A DNA stretch of 64,000 nt from an uncultured Burkholderiales bacterium (GTDB lineage: Bacteria; Pseudomonadota; Gammaproteobacteria; Burkholderiales; Burkholderiaceae_C), in assembly GCA_943908475.1 (NCBI GenBank), contig CALTTG010000016.1, positions 6,582-70,581 on the forward strand, written 5' to 3'. The translations under genes were made by a program, and so were the position numbers. Numbering within the stretch: position 1 is the first letter of the stretch; each line of letters opens with the position of its first letter. The notes beneath the pieces were generated by a model. It saw nothing but the letters and a program-made list of their open reading frames with translations. It was not told the origin of the DNA and made no database searches. Below, piece by piece: positions 42,060-51,240 of this stretch.

Positions 42060-43046
42060 ATGATGAACGTCACCGTCCTCGGTGCGGGGGCCTGGGGCTC
42101 GGCGCTGGCCATCAGCGCCGCCCGTCGCCAGGCCAATGTGGTGCTGTGGGCGCGCGACGCCGCCCAGGCCCACCACATGCAGCAGCAACGCTGCAACGAA
42201 CGCTACCTGGGTGCCGAGCCCTTCCCTCACACCCTCCAAGTGACCGCCGACTGGGCGGCCGCCATGGCCCATGCGCAAGATGGCCTGATCGTCATCGGCA
42301 CGCCCATGGCGGCCCTGGACGACATGCTGGCGCGCGTGCCGCCACATGCCAACGTGGTGTGGCTGTGCAAAGGCTTCGACAAAGCATCGGGTCGCCTGGG
42401 CCATGAAATCGCGCAGGCCGTGCGTCCGCATGGCCCCAGCGGCGTGCTCTCCGGCCCCAGCTTTGCCTTGGAAGTGGCCCGGGGCCAACCCACTGCACTG
42501 GTGTCTGCCAGCCGCGATGCGGCCCTGGCCGAGCTGGCCGCTCAGGCCTTCCACAGCGACAGCCTTCGGGTCTACACCTCGACCGACCCCATTGGGGTGG
42601 AAGTGGGGGGGGCGGTGAAAAACGTGCTGGCCATCGCCACCGGCATCGCCGACGGACTCGACCTGGGCCTGAACGCTCGTGCGGCCCTGATCACCCGTGG
42701 CTTGGCCGAAATGACGCGCCTGGGCCTGGCCTTGGGCGCGCGCGCCGACACGTTCATGGGCCTGTCTGGCCTGGGCGATCTGGTGCTCACCGCCACCGGC
42801 CACCTGTCTCGCAACCGCACCGTGGGCTTGCAACTGGCGCAGGGCAAGGACCTGGCCACGATCCTGGCCGAACTCGGCCATGTGTCAGAGGGGGTGTACA
42901 GCGCCCCCACCGTGCTGCAAAGGGCCCAGGCCCTGGGCGTGTCCATGCCCATCACCGAAGCCGTGGTGCAAGTGATCGAGGGCACGCTGCCCGCCCGCCA
43001 AGCCGTTCAGACCCTCATGGGCCGAGAAGCGCGCCCAGAAGCCTGA
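42060..43046 (+). CDS. gpsA: NAD(P)H-dependent glycerol-3-phosphate dehydrogenase
   Basis: [15 protein letters not shown] motif, and the GpsA signature region [14 protein letters not shown]. Confidence 0.9.
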   Translation: MMNVTVLGAGAWGSALAISAARRQANVVLWARDAAQAHHMQQQRCNERYLGAEPFPHTLQVTADWAAAMAHAQDGLIVIGTPMAALDDMLARVPPHANVVWLCKGFDKASGRLGHEIAQAVRPHGPSGVLSGPSFALEVARGQPTALVSASRDAALAELAAQAFHSDSLRVYTSTDPIGVEVGGAVKNVLAIATGIADGLDLGLNARAALITRGLAEMTRLGLALGARADTFMGLSGLGDLVLTATGHLSRNRTVGLQLAQGKDLATILAELGHVSEGVYSAPTVLQRAQALGVSMPITEAVVQVIEGTLPARQAVQTLMGREARPEA

Positions 43047-43051
43047 GCCTC

Positions 43052-43079
43052 GCCGGCGGAACCGTCAGACCGCGCCGGC
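43052..43079. terminator. GC-rich hairpin (GCCGGCG-N14-CGCCGGC) in the convergent gpsA/trmL junction
   Basis: Seen directly. Overlaps the trmL stop codon. Candidate bidirectional terminator. Confidence 0.3.
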
Positions 43080-43535
43080 AAAGCCGTTCTGGCGCCAGGC
43101 CTCGAACACCGTCACGGCCACGGCATTGCTCAAGTTCAAACTGCGCTGTTCCGGCAACATCGGCAAGCGCACCCGTTGCGACACCGGGAACTGCTCGCGC
43201 AGGTCCACCGGCAGGCCTTGCGTCTCGCACCCGAACACGAACCAGTCGCCCGGCTGGCAGGCCAGATCGGTCAATGGGCGACTGCCCCGGGTGGTGAAGG
43301 CGAAACAGCGGGTGGGATCAGGCTGCTCATGGGCCACAAACGCGTCCCAGCTGGCGTGGCGCTTGACCGGTGCGTACTCGTGATAGTCGAGCCCCGCGCG
43401 GCGCAAGAGCTTGTCGTCCATCGAAAAACCCAGGGGCTCGATCAGGTGCAACTCGCAGCCGGTGTTGGCCGCCAGGCGAATGACATTGCCCGTGTTGGGC
43501 GGGATTTCGGGGTGGACCAGGACGATGCGAAACAT
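43065..43535 (-). CDS. trmL: tRNA (cytidine/uridine-2'-O)-methyltransferase TrmL (SpoU family)
   Basis: Start at MFRIVLVHPEIPPNTGNVIRLAANTGCELHLIEPLGF. 156 aa. The ORF track extends it upstream spuriously. Confidence 0.85.
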   Translation of the reverse strand: MFRIVLVHPEIPPNTGNVIRLAANTGCELHLIEPLGFSMDDKLLRRAGLDYHEYAPVKRHASWDAFVAHEQPDPTRCFAFTTRGSRPLTDLACQPGDWFVFGCETQGLPVDLREQFPVSQRVRLPMLPEQRSLNLSNAVAVTVFEAWRQNGFAGAV

Positions 43536-43570
43536 GGGTGGGCATTCTAGGCCGCCCCCCAGGCGCACAA

Positions 43571-45166
43571 TCACCGACCGTTGCTGGCCGATTGCTTGAA
43601 CGCCAAGATGGCTTGATTGCGCAGGGCCGTCAGCTGCGTCAGGTGCTGCGCATCCACCTTCAACGAGTCGGCCACCAAGCGGTCGGCATAAATCAGGCCC
43701 ATGATGTGGGGCTTGCCTTGGCGCTGCATGATCAAGGGCAGCAGCAAAAAGGTCGGAGCGTCCACCTTTTGCCGGAACCACAACGGCAGACGGTCTCGAA
43801 CGGCCGGGGCGCTGGCATCGCGGATCAACAAGTCCGTGCCCTTGAGGCACACCGCTGAGAAAATGTGCGGCGAACCGCCGGACTCCAATGGCACCCCAAA
43901 CAGGCCTTTGACGGCCTCTCCGCCGTCACCCAAGGCCATGCGTCCCATCAGGGCATTGCCTCGGGGGTCGCGCAAGCAAAACACCACCCGGTGGCAGTCG
44001 AAGGCCCGCAGCACCGTTTCGAGAATCATGTGCAACACGTCGGGCAACTTGAAGTCGCCCACGAGGGTCGAGGCCACATCCTGAATGCCCGAGGCCAAGA
44101 TGCTGGCTGCGTCTTCCTCCCGAGCTTGGGCCTCGCCAAAGCCATCGCCCAAACCCAAGGCATCGGGGCTCACCGCCGGCGGGGCGTCATCCGCATGCGG
44201 CGCGTCCACGTAATAGGTGTCGACCAAGCGCTCTGAGGGCTCGCCACGGTCCACCTGGAATTCCAGCGCCTCCACCAGTTCGGTCAAGCGGGTTCGGGCG
44301 CGAAAAGCCGCCTGGCTGACCGTGTCGCGCCCCAACTCCAAAGCCGTGGCCGCCTGGGCTTCCAGGGCCTGCAATTGCACCCCCAACTCGGCAGGCTCCG
44401 TCAGCAACATCACGCGAGCCACGTCACACGAGAGCGTGGCCATCCACGACAGCCGGTCGGCCGGATCCTTGATCGCGCCTCGTGGCCAGGCCGTCTGAGG
44501 CGCACGCATGCCTTTGACGATTTCGGGCGGCAAGCCCCAGTCTTTGCCCACCGCCTGCCCCAGCTCGTCAAAGCTCAACCCGAGCACCGCATGAGAAACA
44601 TCTTCTTCCGGCGCGCTCTGACCTGGCGCACGGGCCTGATCGCGAATCTGCTGCGCATCCTCCGGGAGGTAGTACTCCACCAGCAAGCGCCCCAGGTTGC
44701 GAAACAGCGCCATCACGAAGGCCTCTTCAGACTGCCGCGGTGTGGTGCTCAACTCACTGGCGATGGTGCCGGCCATCACCGTCCGCAAGAACTCTTCCTT
44801 CAGCTGACGCGCGTGCTGCTTGTCCTCCATGTGCTCAACCAGCATCAGCGACAAGGCCACGTTGCGAATGCCGGCCAGCCCCACCAGCATCACGGCCCGC
44901 GACACCGTGCTGATCGGATCGACCCCGGCGCTGCGAAACCGCGCCGCGTTGACCACCCGCAGCAGCTTTTGGGTCAAGGCCACATCCTTGAGGATCTCCT
45001 CGCTCAGGGTGTGCAGGCTCTCGGTGTCCGACAACGACAAGCTCTGAATCCGGGTCATGGACGATGCCAGCGCAGGAAAGTCCGACTTCTGACGCATTCG
45101 GCGCAGGAGATATTCCACCGTCAGGGCCGGGTCTTCGGACTTCACAGAGGCGTGGGGGTCGGTCAT
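43571..45166 (-). CDS. HDOD-domain signalling protein with a C-terminal GAF-like domain
   Basis: N-terminal HDOD (LPALASSMTRIQSLSLSDTESLHTLSEEILKDVALTQKLLRVVNAARF). C-terminal ~170 aa GAF-like (FDCHRVVFCLRDPRGNALMGRMALG). Confidence 0.6.
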   Translation of the reverse strand: MTDPHASVKSEDPALTVEYLLRRMRQKSDFPALASSMTRIQSLSLSDTESLHTLSEEILKDVALTQKLLRVVNAARFRSAGVDPISTVSRAVMLVGLAGIRNVALSLMLVEHMEDKQHARQLKEEFLRTVMAGTIASELSTTPRQSEEAFVMALFRNLGRLLVEYYLPEDAQQIRDQARAPGQSAPEEDVSHAVLGLSFDELGQAVGKDWGLPPEIVKGMRAPQTAWPRGAIKDPADRLSWMATLSCDVARVMLLTEPAELGVQLQALEAQAATALELGRDTVSQAAFRARTRLTELVEALEFQVDRGEPSERLVDTYYVDAPHADDAPPAVSPDALGLGDGFGEAQAREEDAASILASGIQDVASTLVGDFKLPDVLHMILETVLRAFDCHRVVFCLRDPRGNALMGRMALGDGGEAVKGLFGVPLESGGSPHIFSAVCLKGTDLLIRDASAPAVRDRLPLWFRQKVDAPTFLLLPLIMQRQGKPHIMGLIYADRLVADSLKVDAQHLTQLTALRNQAILAFKQSASNGR

Positions 45167-45317
45167 GTCCGCATTTCACCAGGGACGCGGCAGGGGCCTT
45201 GCGAGGAAAAACACCCCAAAGCCCCCCGAAACACCATTCACGCATCTTTACGCAACACGAACATGGGCTTTACCCAGGCGGCGCACGATGACGTCACTGA
45301 ATCACGAGGAGCACACG

Positions 45318-45899
45318 ATGCCACGTTCACGCGCCCAAACACTGATGCCCCTGCGCACCGCACGATGGATGGCCGCCACCGTCCTGCTGGCCGGGGGCAT
45401 GCTGGCGGCGCTGTCTGGCGCCAACGCCTGGGCCGACCGAGGCCATGGCGGCAAGGGCGGCCCTGAGGCTTGCATGCACCAGGCGGGTCACCCGGGCGGC
45501 ATGCTCGGGGGCGGACGCATGATGAACCGCATGCTGGACGACATCAAAGCCACCGACGCACAACGCACCCAGATCCGCAGCATTCAGGACGCCGCACGTG
45601 CCGACCTGAAGAAACTGCACGACCAGCACGCCAGCTTCCATCAAGACCTGCAGAAGCTGCTGGCCGCCCCTGTGGTCGACGCAGCCGCCGTGGAGAAACA
45701 TCGCCAGCAGATGCTCGCGCACCACGATGCGGTGAGCAAACGCATGACGTCGGCCATGGTGGACACCAGCAACGTGCTGACCCCGGAACAACGCAGTGCC
45801 ATGGCCACGCACTGGCAAGAACGTGCCAAGGCACGTGCAGATCGACATGAGCGCCATGAGCGCCGCCAACATCATCATCACGACGCCCCCAAGGGCTGA
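45318..45899 (+). CDS. Periplasmic Spy/CpxP-family (LTxxQ-motif) stress protein
   Basis: Signal peptide MPRSRAQTLMPLRTARWMAATVLLAGGMLAALSGANAWA. LTxxQ-like repeats (KATDAQRTQI, LTPEQRSAM). His-rich C-terminus. Sits directly upstream of an OmpR/HK pair. Confidence 0.6.
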   Translation: MPRSRAQTLMPLRTARWMAATVLLAGGMLAALSGANAWADRGHGGKGGPEACMHQAGHPGGMLGGGRMMNRMLDDIKATDAQRTQIRSIQDAARADLKKLHDQHASFHQDLQKLLAAPVVDAAAVEKHRQQMLAHHDAVSKRMTSAMVDTSNVLTPEQRSAMATHWQERAKARADRHERHERRQHHHHDAPKG

Positions 45900-45913
45900 A
45901 AGAGGAGGCCACA

Positions 45914-46627
45914 ATGGTGGACATGAGCGAGCACATCTTGATGATCGACGACGACCTGCGGCTCAGCGCCATGGTCGGCGACTACCTCAAAAGCCATGGC
46001 TATCAGGTGTCGACGGCGCCCAGCCTGGGCGCTGGTCGGGAAATGCTGGCACGTCAGGCGTGTGACGCCCTCGTGCTGGACCTGATGCTGCCCGATGGCG
46101 ATGGCCTGGACCTCTGCAAAGAGTTGCGCGCCTCGCCACGCACCCGAGCGTTGCCACTGCTGATGCTCAGTGCACGAGGCGAGCCCACCGACCGCATCGT
46201 CGGCCTGGAAATCGGCGCCGACGACTACCTGCCCAAGCCTTTTGAGCCCCGCGAACTGCTGGCGCGGGTGCGGGCCTTGCTGCGCCGAACCAGTGCCGGA
46301 CAGGCCGAAGACGACGTCTGGCGGTTCGGTCGGCTGGAAATCGACAACGGCCTGCGGCAGGTGCGCCTGGACGGGCAACCGTGCGACCTGACGTCCTACC
46401 AGTACGACCTGATGACGGTGCTGGCAAGGCACCCAGGCCGGGTCCTCAGCCGCGACCAGATCATGGACTCCCTCAAAGGCCACCCCTTGGAAGCGTTTGA
46501 CCGCTCCATCGACGTGCACATCTCCCGCATCCGGGCGGCCATCGAAAACGACCCGAAAAACCCGCAGCGCATCCTCACTGTGCGGGGCGTGGGTTACGTG
46601 TTTGCGAAGAAGCAAGACGCTGAATGA
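45914..46627 (+). CDS. OmpR-family response regulator
   Basis: Receiver HILMIDDDLRL...LVLDLMLPDGDGLDLC, then a winged-helix domain (RLEIDNGLRQVRLDG...RVLSRDQIM). Confidence 0.85.
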   Translation: MVDMSEHILMIDDDLRLSAMVGDYLKSHGYQVSTAPSLGAGREMLARQACDALVLDLMLPDGDGLDLCKELRASPRTRALPLLMLSARGEPTDRIVGLEIGADDYLPKPFEPRELLARVRALLRRTSAGQAEDDVWRFGRLEIDNGLRQVRLDGQPCDLTSYQYDLMTVLARHPGRVLSRDQIMDSLKGHPLEAFDRSIDVHISRIRAAIENDPKNPQRILTVRGVGYVFAKKQDAE

Positions 46628-48075
46628 AGACCCTGGCGCTGAGGATTTACCTGGCCGTCGTGGCCGTGCTGCTGTTGTTCGCGCTGGTCACCGGGTGGCT
46701 GGCGCAGCGCAACCTCGAACGCGAGGTGCAGCACTACCAGGCTCGCAGCGCCAGCAACGAACGCGTGACGGCATGGGCCGAGCTGATTGAAAACAGTTTG
46801 CCCGTGGCGCAAATGCCCGAAGAGGCCCAGCGCGACGCCCTGCTCGACTGGTCACAACGCCTGCGGCTGCCCATGGCCCTGGACAACGCCGAGGGCGAAC
46901 GCATTGCCACCTCCCCCCTGCTGATCGAGCGACTGGCCCAATGGCCTGAGCTGGAAAAACGCATGCAAAGCGCTCGCCTCTCGGACGGACGGGTGCTGTG
47001 GGTGCTTCGCGGCCCGCCCCCCCGACTCAGCATGGGCGGCTTGATGGGGCCACGCCCCCCTTCCGAACTGCTGGCGGGCCGCGATGACGGCCCGCGCGAC
47101 CGTCCAGACGAGGGTGGACACCTGGGCCGTGTGCCGCCCCGGGAAGACCCCTGGCTGATGCCCCTGAGCGGTTTGCTCCCCCCAGGCTGGGCCGTGGGCG
47201 CCCCCGCTTTGTTGATCATGCTGATGATGGTGTTCTTGGCCGTGGCCTTGGTGGCCTGGCCCGTGGCCGATCGCCTGACCCGCCGACTCAAGGCGCTGAC
47301 GGCCGGCGTGGAGCGCTTCGGCAAGGGGCAACTCGGCCACCGCGTCGACGTCGAGGGCAAAGACGAAGTCGCCGAACTGGCCCGCAGCTTCAACCAAGCT
47401 GCCCAGCGCATTGAAGAGCTGGTGACCTCCCACCGCTCGCTGCTGGCCAATGCCAGCCACGAATTGCGCTCACCGTTGGCCCGCATGAAGATGGCGGTGT
47501 CGATGATGAGCGATGTGTCCGCCGAGCACGCGCATCGCCTGCGACAAGAGATCCACAAAGACATCCGCGAGCTCGATGAGCTGGTCGAGGAAGTGCTGCT
47601 GGCCAGTCGACTGGACGCCCGCCCCGAGATCGAGCGCCACCCGGTGGACCTCCTGGGCCTGCTGATCGAAGAGGCGCAACGCACCGGGGCCGAAGTCCAA
47701 GCCAGCCCCGAGGCCACCACCCTGGAGTTCCAGGCCGACGAACGACTCTTGCGCCGCGCCGTGCGAAACCTGCTGGAAAACGCGCGACGCTATGGGCATG
47801 CCGCCAACGAGAGTGCACAGGTCGACGCCACCCTGCAGATCGAGCCCCACCATGTGGCGTTTGTGATCGAAGACCGGGGCCCCGGCGTGCCCGACGACCA
47901 GCGCGAACGCATCTTCGAACCCTTCTACCGCATGCCCGGCCATGCCGAGCACGCGGGGGGCGTCGGCCTCGGCCTGAGCCTGGTCAGGCAGATCGCCGTC
48001 CGCCATGGCGGTGAGGTGCGCTGCGAAGCCCGTGAAGGGGGCGGCAGCCGGTTTGTGATCAGGGTGCCGCGTTGA
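46624..48075 (+). CDS. Sensor histidine kinase (two TM helices, HAMP, HisKA, HATPase_c), CpxA/EnvZ class
   Basis: H-box LLANASHELRSPLARMKMAV. N box NLLENARRYG. G boxes GPGVPDDQRERIFEPFYR and GGVGLGLSLVRQI. 4-nt overlap with the RR gene. Confidence 0.85.
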   Translation: MKTLALRIYLAVVAVLLLFALVTGWLAQRNLEREVQHYQARSASNERVTAWAELIENSLPVAQMPEEAQRDALLDWSQRLRLPMALDNAEGERIATSPLLIERLAQWPELEKRMQSARLSDGRVLWVLRGPPPRLSMGGLMGPRPPSELLAGRDDGPRDRPDEGGHLGRVPPREDPWLMPLSGLLPPGWAVGAPALLIMLMMVFLAVALVAWPVADRLTRRLKALTAGVERFGKGQLGHRVDVEGKDEVAELARSFNQAAQRIEELVTSHRSLLANASHELRSPLARMKMAVSMMSDVSAEHAHRLRQEIHKDIRELDELVEEVLLASRLDARPEIERHPVDLLGLLIEEAQRTGAEVQASPEATTLEFQADERLLRRAVRNLLENARRYGHAANESAQVDATLQIEPHHVAFVIEDRGPGVPDDQRERIFEPFYRMPGHAEHAGGVGLGLSLVRQIAVRHGGEVRCEAREGGGSRFVIRVPR

Positions 48076-48140
48076 AATCAACAGCGATTAGCTGGTACCG
48101 CGCTGGCCTTGAAGCGTGCTGTCGATTGAAGCCAACTGAT

Positions 48141-49217
48141 TCAGTGCTCACGAGGGGTGACAGCTTTGCGCAGCAGATGATAGGCCAGCAGCCAAGGAGG
48201 CATCCGAAGCCAATGCCCCCTCAGGTACATGACCTGGGTTGCAAGCGAAAACCGAATGTCTTTTGCCTGCGATGGGTGAGCTCCTAAGACCCTGTCCAGC
48301 ATGGCGTGCAGGCACCACAACCCGACATCTGACACACGTACGGCTTGCCGAAGCTCTCTCAACAAAAGAGCAGACACCTGCACCTGCAACTGGCGGCTCA
48401 TCTGACGGAGTGAATGAAACAGAGGCCCTGCCAATTCAAGCTCGATCGCCCGGCAAATCAAATCACGGTCTGTGATTCCATGGCGGTCGCAAACGCCAAG
48501 CAACGCTGCCAAATCCACCAACCCCCTGAATCCCTGCTCAAAAGTCCCCTCATGCATCAAATGGGTCGCGCTGTGCAAGAGCATGTCCTCGGGGGCCAAG
48601 ACCCTGAGTCCCTCGAAATCAACCAAGGGGACGGATCGATCAATGAGTTTTTGAGAGCTCGGATGCAATCTCGCCGTGGATGGCAAGATTGCATGGTGCA
48701 CATCCACAACTGTTCCTCGCTGAATGTGGACCATGGGGGGCAACTCGTGCATCCAGGTCCGGTAGTACCGTTGGTCGTAGGCCGAGGTTGACGCACTGCG
48801 CCAACCCGCAACCATCAAGGCCGACTCGACCTCTGGCAATGCTTCGCGAGGAACCAGGATGTCAACGTCAGAAACCATGCGTCCCCGTCCGGCAAGGTTG
48901 TTTGCGCAGACATACGCGGCACCTTTGAGCAAGACAACAGGGATACGCAAGCTCGCCAATGCCCGACTGATTTCCTGAACTTCAAATGCGAGCTCTTCGT
49001 GCTGACGACGACAAACCAACTCCCCAGACCGCAAATGACGACGAGGCGCTTCCGGCACCGAGGACCAAAGGCCCCGCTCTCGCAGCAGCGAGGCAACGTG
49101 CGCGAGCAACTCAGACGCGCGACACGAACGAATCAAATCCTCCCAATCGCTGGGAGAAAAATTCGTCACCATCGACGGATCAACGAGAACTTGATTGATG
49201 AGATGCCTGCTGCTCAC
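48141..49217 (-). CDS. Nucleotidyltransferase-family protein (PF14907 'uncharacterised nucleotidyltransferase' type), member of the HprK-related-kinase-A cassette
   Basis: 358 aa. Pol-beta-like NTase region RGRMVSDVDILVPREALPEVESALMVAGW. Large helical C-terminal domain. 4-nt overlap with the kinase gene. Confidence 0.65.
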   Translation of the reverse strand: MSSRHLINQVLVDPSMVTNFSPSDWEDLIRSCRASELLAHVASLLRERGLWSSVPEAPRRHLRSGELVCRRQHEELAFEVQEISRALASLRIPVVLLKGAAYVCANNLAGRGRMVSDVDILVPREALPEVESALMVAGWRSASTSAYDQRYYRTWMHELPPMVHIQRGTVVDVHHAILPSTARLHPSSQKLIDRSVPLVDFEGLRVLAPEDMLLHSATHLMHEGTFEQGFRGLVDLAALLGVCDRHGITDRDLICRAIELELAGPLFHSLRQMSRQLQVQVSALLLRELRQAVRVSDVGLWCLHAMLDRVLGAHPSQAKDIRFSLATQVMYLRGHWLRMPPWLLAYHLLRKAVTPREH

Positions 49218-50140
49218 CTGTTGCCCCTGCTAAGAGCCAAGGCATCCATACAAACCATCGCGTCGTCCAAGTCACTGTAGACCAGCTGGTGCACGGCGCA
49301 TTGATCGACCACATCTGCGAGCACATGAAACCCATGGTGACCATGAATGTGTCGATTGAAACTGTTGCGCTGCAACTCCATCAAGCCAAGTGCGCGGCCC
49401 ATGGTCGACAAGGTCAATGGTGCACCCATTTCATAGCGAGGAAAAACAATCCAAGCAGGCAAAGCGCGCCTTTGCGCGTGTACGACACTGTCTGTCGATG
49501 CGCGCATGTGACAAACCGTGCCTTTGAGAGTGTCAAAAGCCACAGGCCCCATGACGGCTTCGGGCACACGCCGACGCATGACGTCAATCGATGCGTTCTT
49601 CAAGCTGATCGGTCGCGGAGACGGAATCAAGTCGCCAGACAAGGGATCCAAGAGCGCCATCTCATCAGAGAGCAAACGCCACCCGTGATGCATCAACGCA
49701 GAACAAAGTGTACTTTTACCCGAGCCTGGTGGCGCTGGAAGTATCAGCGCCCGACCATTGCTCTCAAGCACAGCAGAATGAATGGTGATCCATTCATGAC
49801 AATGGCTGCTGACACACCAATTCAGCCCCCACTCGAACAGAGCAAATGCCTCTCCAATTGCAAGCGGTGTGAATGGCCTGCGCTCGTCAACCTCAAAGAC
49901 GCAAAGAGGACGAAACAGCTTTCTGTGAGGCACCAGCTTGATTCTGAAGTCGGCGAATACACCCGTTTCCATCCAAAACTCGTGTTCGGCATACAACTTG
50001 TAGATGCCTTCCGCGACAACCTGAATTTCCGATTGCACATGGATCACCCATGGGGAAATTGACAAAAAGATGCCGGTTGAGGACGACAGACCGTCACGCA
50101 ACTCTTCCAACGAAACAGAGGCAATTCGTCGACGAATCAC
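49214..50140 (-). CDS. HPr kinase/phosphorylase-related P-loop protein (HprK-related kinase A type)
   Basis: 308 aa. C-terminal-domain-like P-loop ILPAPPGSGKSTLCSALMHHGWRLLSDEMALL matches the HprK C-terminal kinase fold, but the HprK N-terminal domain is absent. Confidence 0.7.
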   Translation of the reverse strand: MIRRRIASVSLEELRDGLSSSTGIFLSISPWVIHVQSEIQVVAEGIYKLYAEHEFWMETGVFADFRIKLVPHRKLFRPLCVFEVDERRPFTPLAIGEAFALFEWGLNWCVSSHCHEWITIHSAVLESNGRALILPAPPGSGKSTLCSALMHHGWRLLSDEMALLDPLSGDLIPSPRPISLKNASIDVMRRRVPEAVMGPVAFDTLKGTVCHMRASTDSVVHAQRRALPAWIVFPRYEMGAPLTLSTMGRALGLMELQRNSFNRHIHGHHGFHVLADVVDQCAVHQLVYSDLDDAMVCMDALALSRGNR

Positions 50141-50409
50141 GCTGTTTCAGACCTCACCACGCCCATGGCGACCAAAGACTGCAACAATGAGTCAATCAGT
50201 TCGTGGTCTTCGGGCTCGGGAAAATCGCCGATCAGGTGACGAGCCAACATGTGCAAAGATGCTTTTTTTTCGGCCTGCAGGAACTGAAGAACTTCAACTG
50301 CAACAGGCGTGACTTGATAAACAGCAGAATCCGCCGAGTCATGAACGACGCCACCGTCTGCCCAACACCGGAAGGTGAATCTGGGAGACCTCAAACTGAA
50401 CCAAACCAC
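50137..50409 (-). CDS. PqqD-family small protein (RRE-like peptide-binding chaperone)
   Basis: The ORF track gives 50137..50553 from an ATG, which would overlap the upstream gene by 140 nt. A GTG at 50409, 4 nt after the upstream stop and preceded by GAGG, gives a ~90-aa product VVWFSLRSPRFTFRCWADGGVVHDSADSAVYQVTPVAVEVLQFL..., the size and pattern of PqqD/RRE domains. Confidence 0.55.
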   Translation of the reverse strand: MVWFSLRSPRFTFRCWADGGVVHDSADSAVYQVTPVAVEVLQFLQAEKKASLHMLARHLIGDFPEPEDHELIDSLLQSLVAMGVVRSETA

Positions 50410-50413
50410 CGCC

Positions 50414-51079
50414 TCAGCAACCAGACGAAGTCCCTCCAGGCCCTCCGGTGAGGCAGGCGTCAAACGTAGCGCCACCCACACCGTACACTCGGTCAAAATA
50501 AGCCAGTGTTTTTGCCAAGTCCCAGGAAACCCCCGCCATCGGCTTCCACGCACCCTTATTTCTCCAAATCTCCAAGCATTGGGTTTTGGTGAGGATGCTG
50601 GAGCCAGGATAAACCTCAGCCGCCAGGAATGCCGCAGCGCAATAGACTGAAAGCTTCAACTGGCTCGAACTGGAGGTCGAAATGGTCCGGTTGATCACCG
50701 TTCGCAAGGTATCCGAGGTGCCTACACCACAGCTGGTGTAGCTGCTGAATCCACAATTGGAGTAGATCGAGTGATGCAGAAACCGTTTGGTTCCAACGGT
50801 CGTTTGACAACGGGAACGACACTCTGACAGCGGAAGATAGCTGCCGGTGGTGTTGCGACCAGGCGCGGTGCTCAACCTGTTGTTGATGAACGAAGCGAAT
50901 GAGGAGGGGCGCACCGTTGAGTTCGCAGAGGTGGTCGCCAACACCAAATCGGTCTTGAACGCTGCAACCACTGGCGCAGCGGACAGCCCAGCACGAATCA
51001 GGGCACGACGGGACACCTGTGCCGAGACGGGCTCAGGTGCTGGCACCGGGGAATCATCGTGCGAGTGAGGATCAGACAT
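50414..51079 (-). CDS. Tat-signal secreted Ser/Thr/Cys-rich protein of unknown function; first gene of the kinase/PqqD cassette
   Basis: Twin-arginine motif SRRALIRAGLSAAPVVAAF, then a ~180-aa S/T-rich region with 8 Cys, ending LTGGPGGTSSGC. No PEP-CTERM motif. Alternative GTG start at 51088. Lower-GC coding region. Confidence 0.45.
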   Translation of the reverse strand: MSDPHSHDDSPVPAPEPVSAQVSRRALIRAGLSAAPVVAAFKTDLVLATTSANSTVRPSSFASFINNRLSTAPGRNTTGSYLPLSECRSRCQTTVGTKRFLHHSIYSNCGFSSYTSCGVGTSDTLRTVINRTISTSSSSQLKLSVYCAAAFLAAEVYPGSSILTKTQCLEIWRNKGAWKPMAGVSWDLAKTLAYFDRVYGVGGATFDACLTGGPGGTSSGC

Positions 51080-51240
51080 CTGGAACACCTTGATTTAATT
51101 GCCCAATCAACAGGCACTGCCGGAATTTTACGTGGATGGCGCGATTAAGCAACAGATGCACAAGCGAAAGAGGGCAGTTGCATCCCTCGATTCGAAGGGG
51201 GGGCCATCAGCATGGTGAAAAAGATCGCCTCAACGGCTGA

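Noticed and set aside
50137-50553. ATG-initiated 138-aa version of the PqqD-like ORF
   Set aside because: It would overlap the upstream 224-aa gene by 140 nt out of frame. An in-frame GTG at 50409 with a GAGG upstream gives a typical ~90-aa PqqD and a 4-nt intergenic spacing instead.
51089-51240. Possible sigma-54 promoter or terminator in the prsT-cassette intergenic gap
   Set aside because: No convincing GG-N10-GC (-24/-12) element, and no strong hairpin plus T-tract. Only a weak 6-bp stem with a 26-nt loop. Left uncalled.
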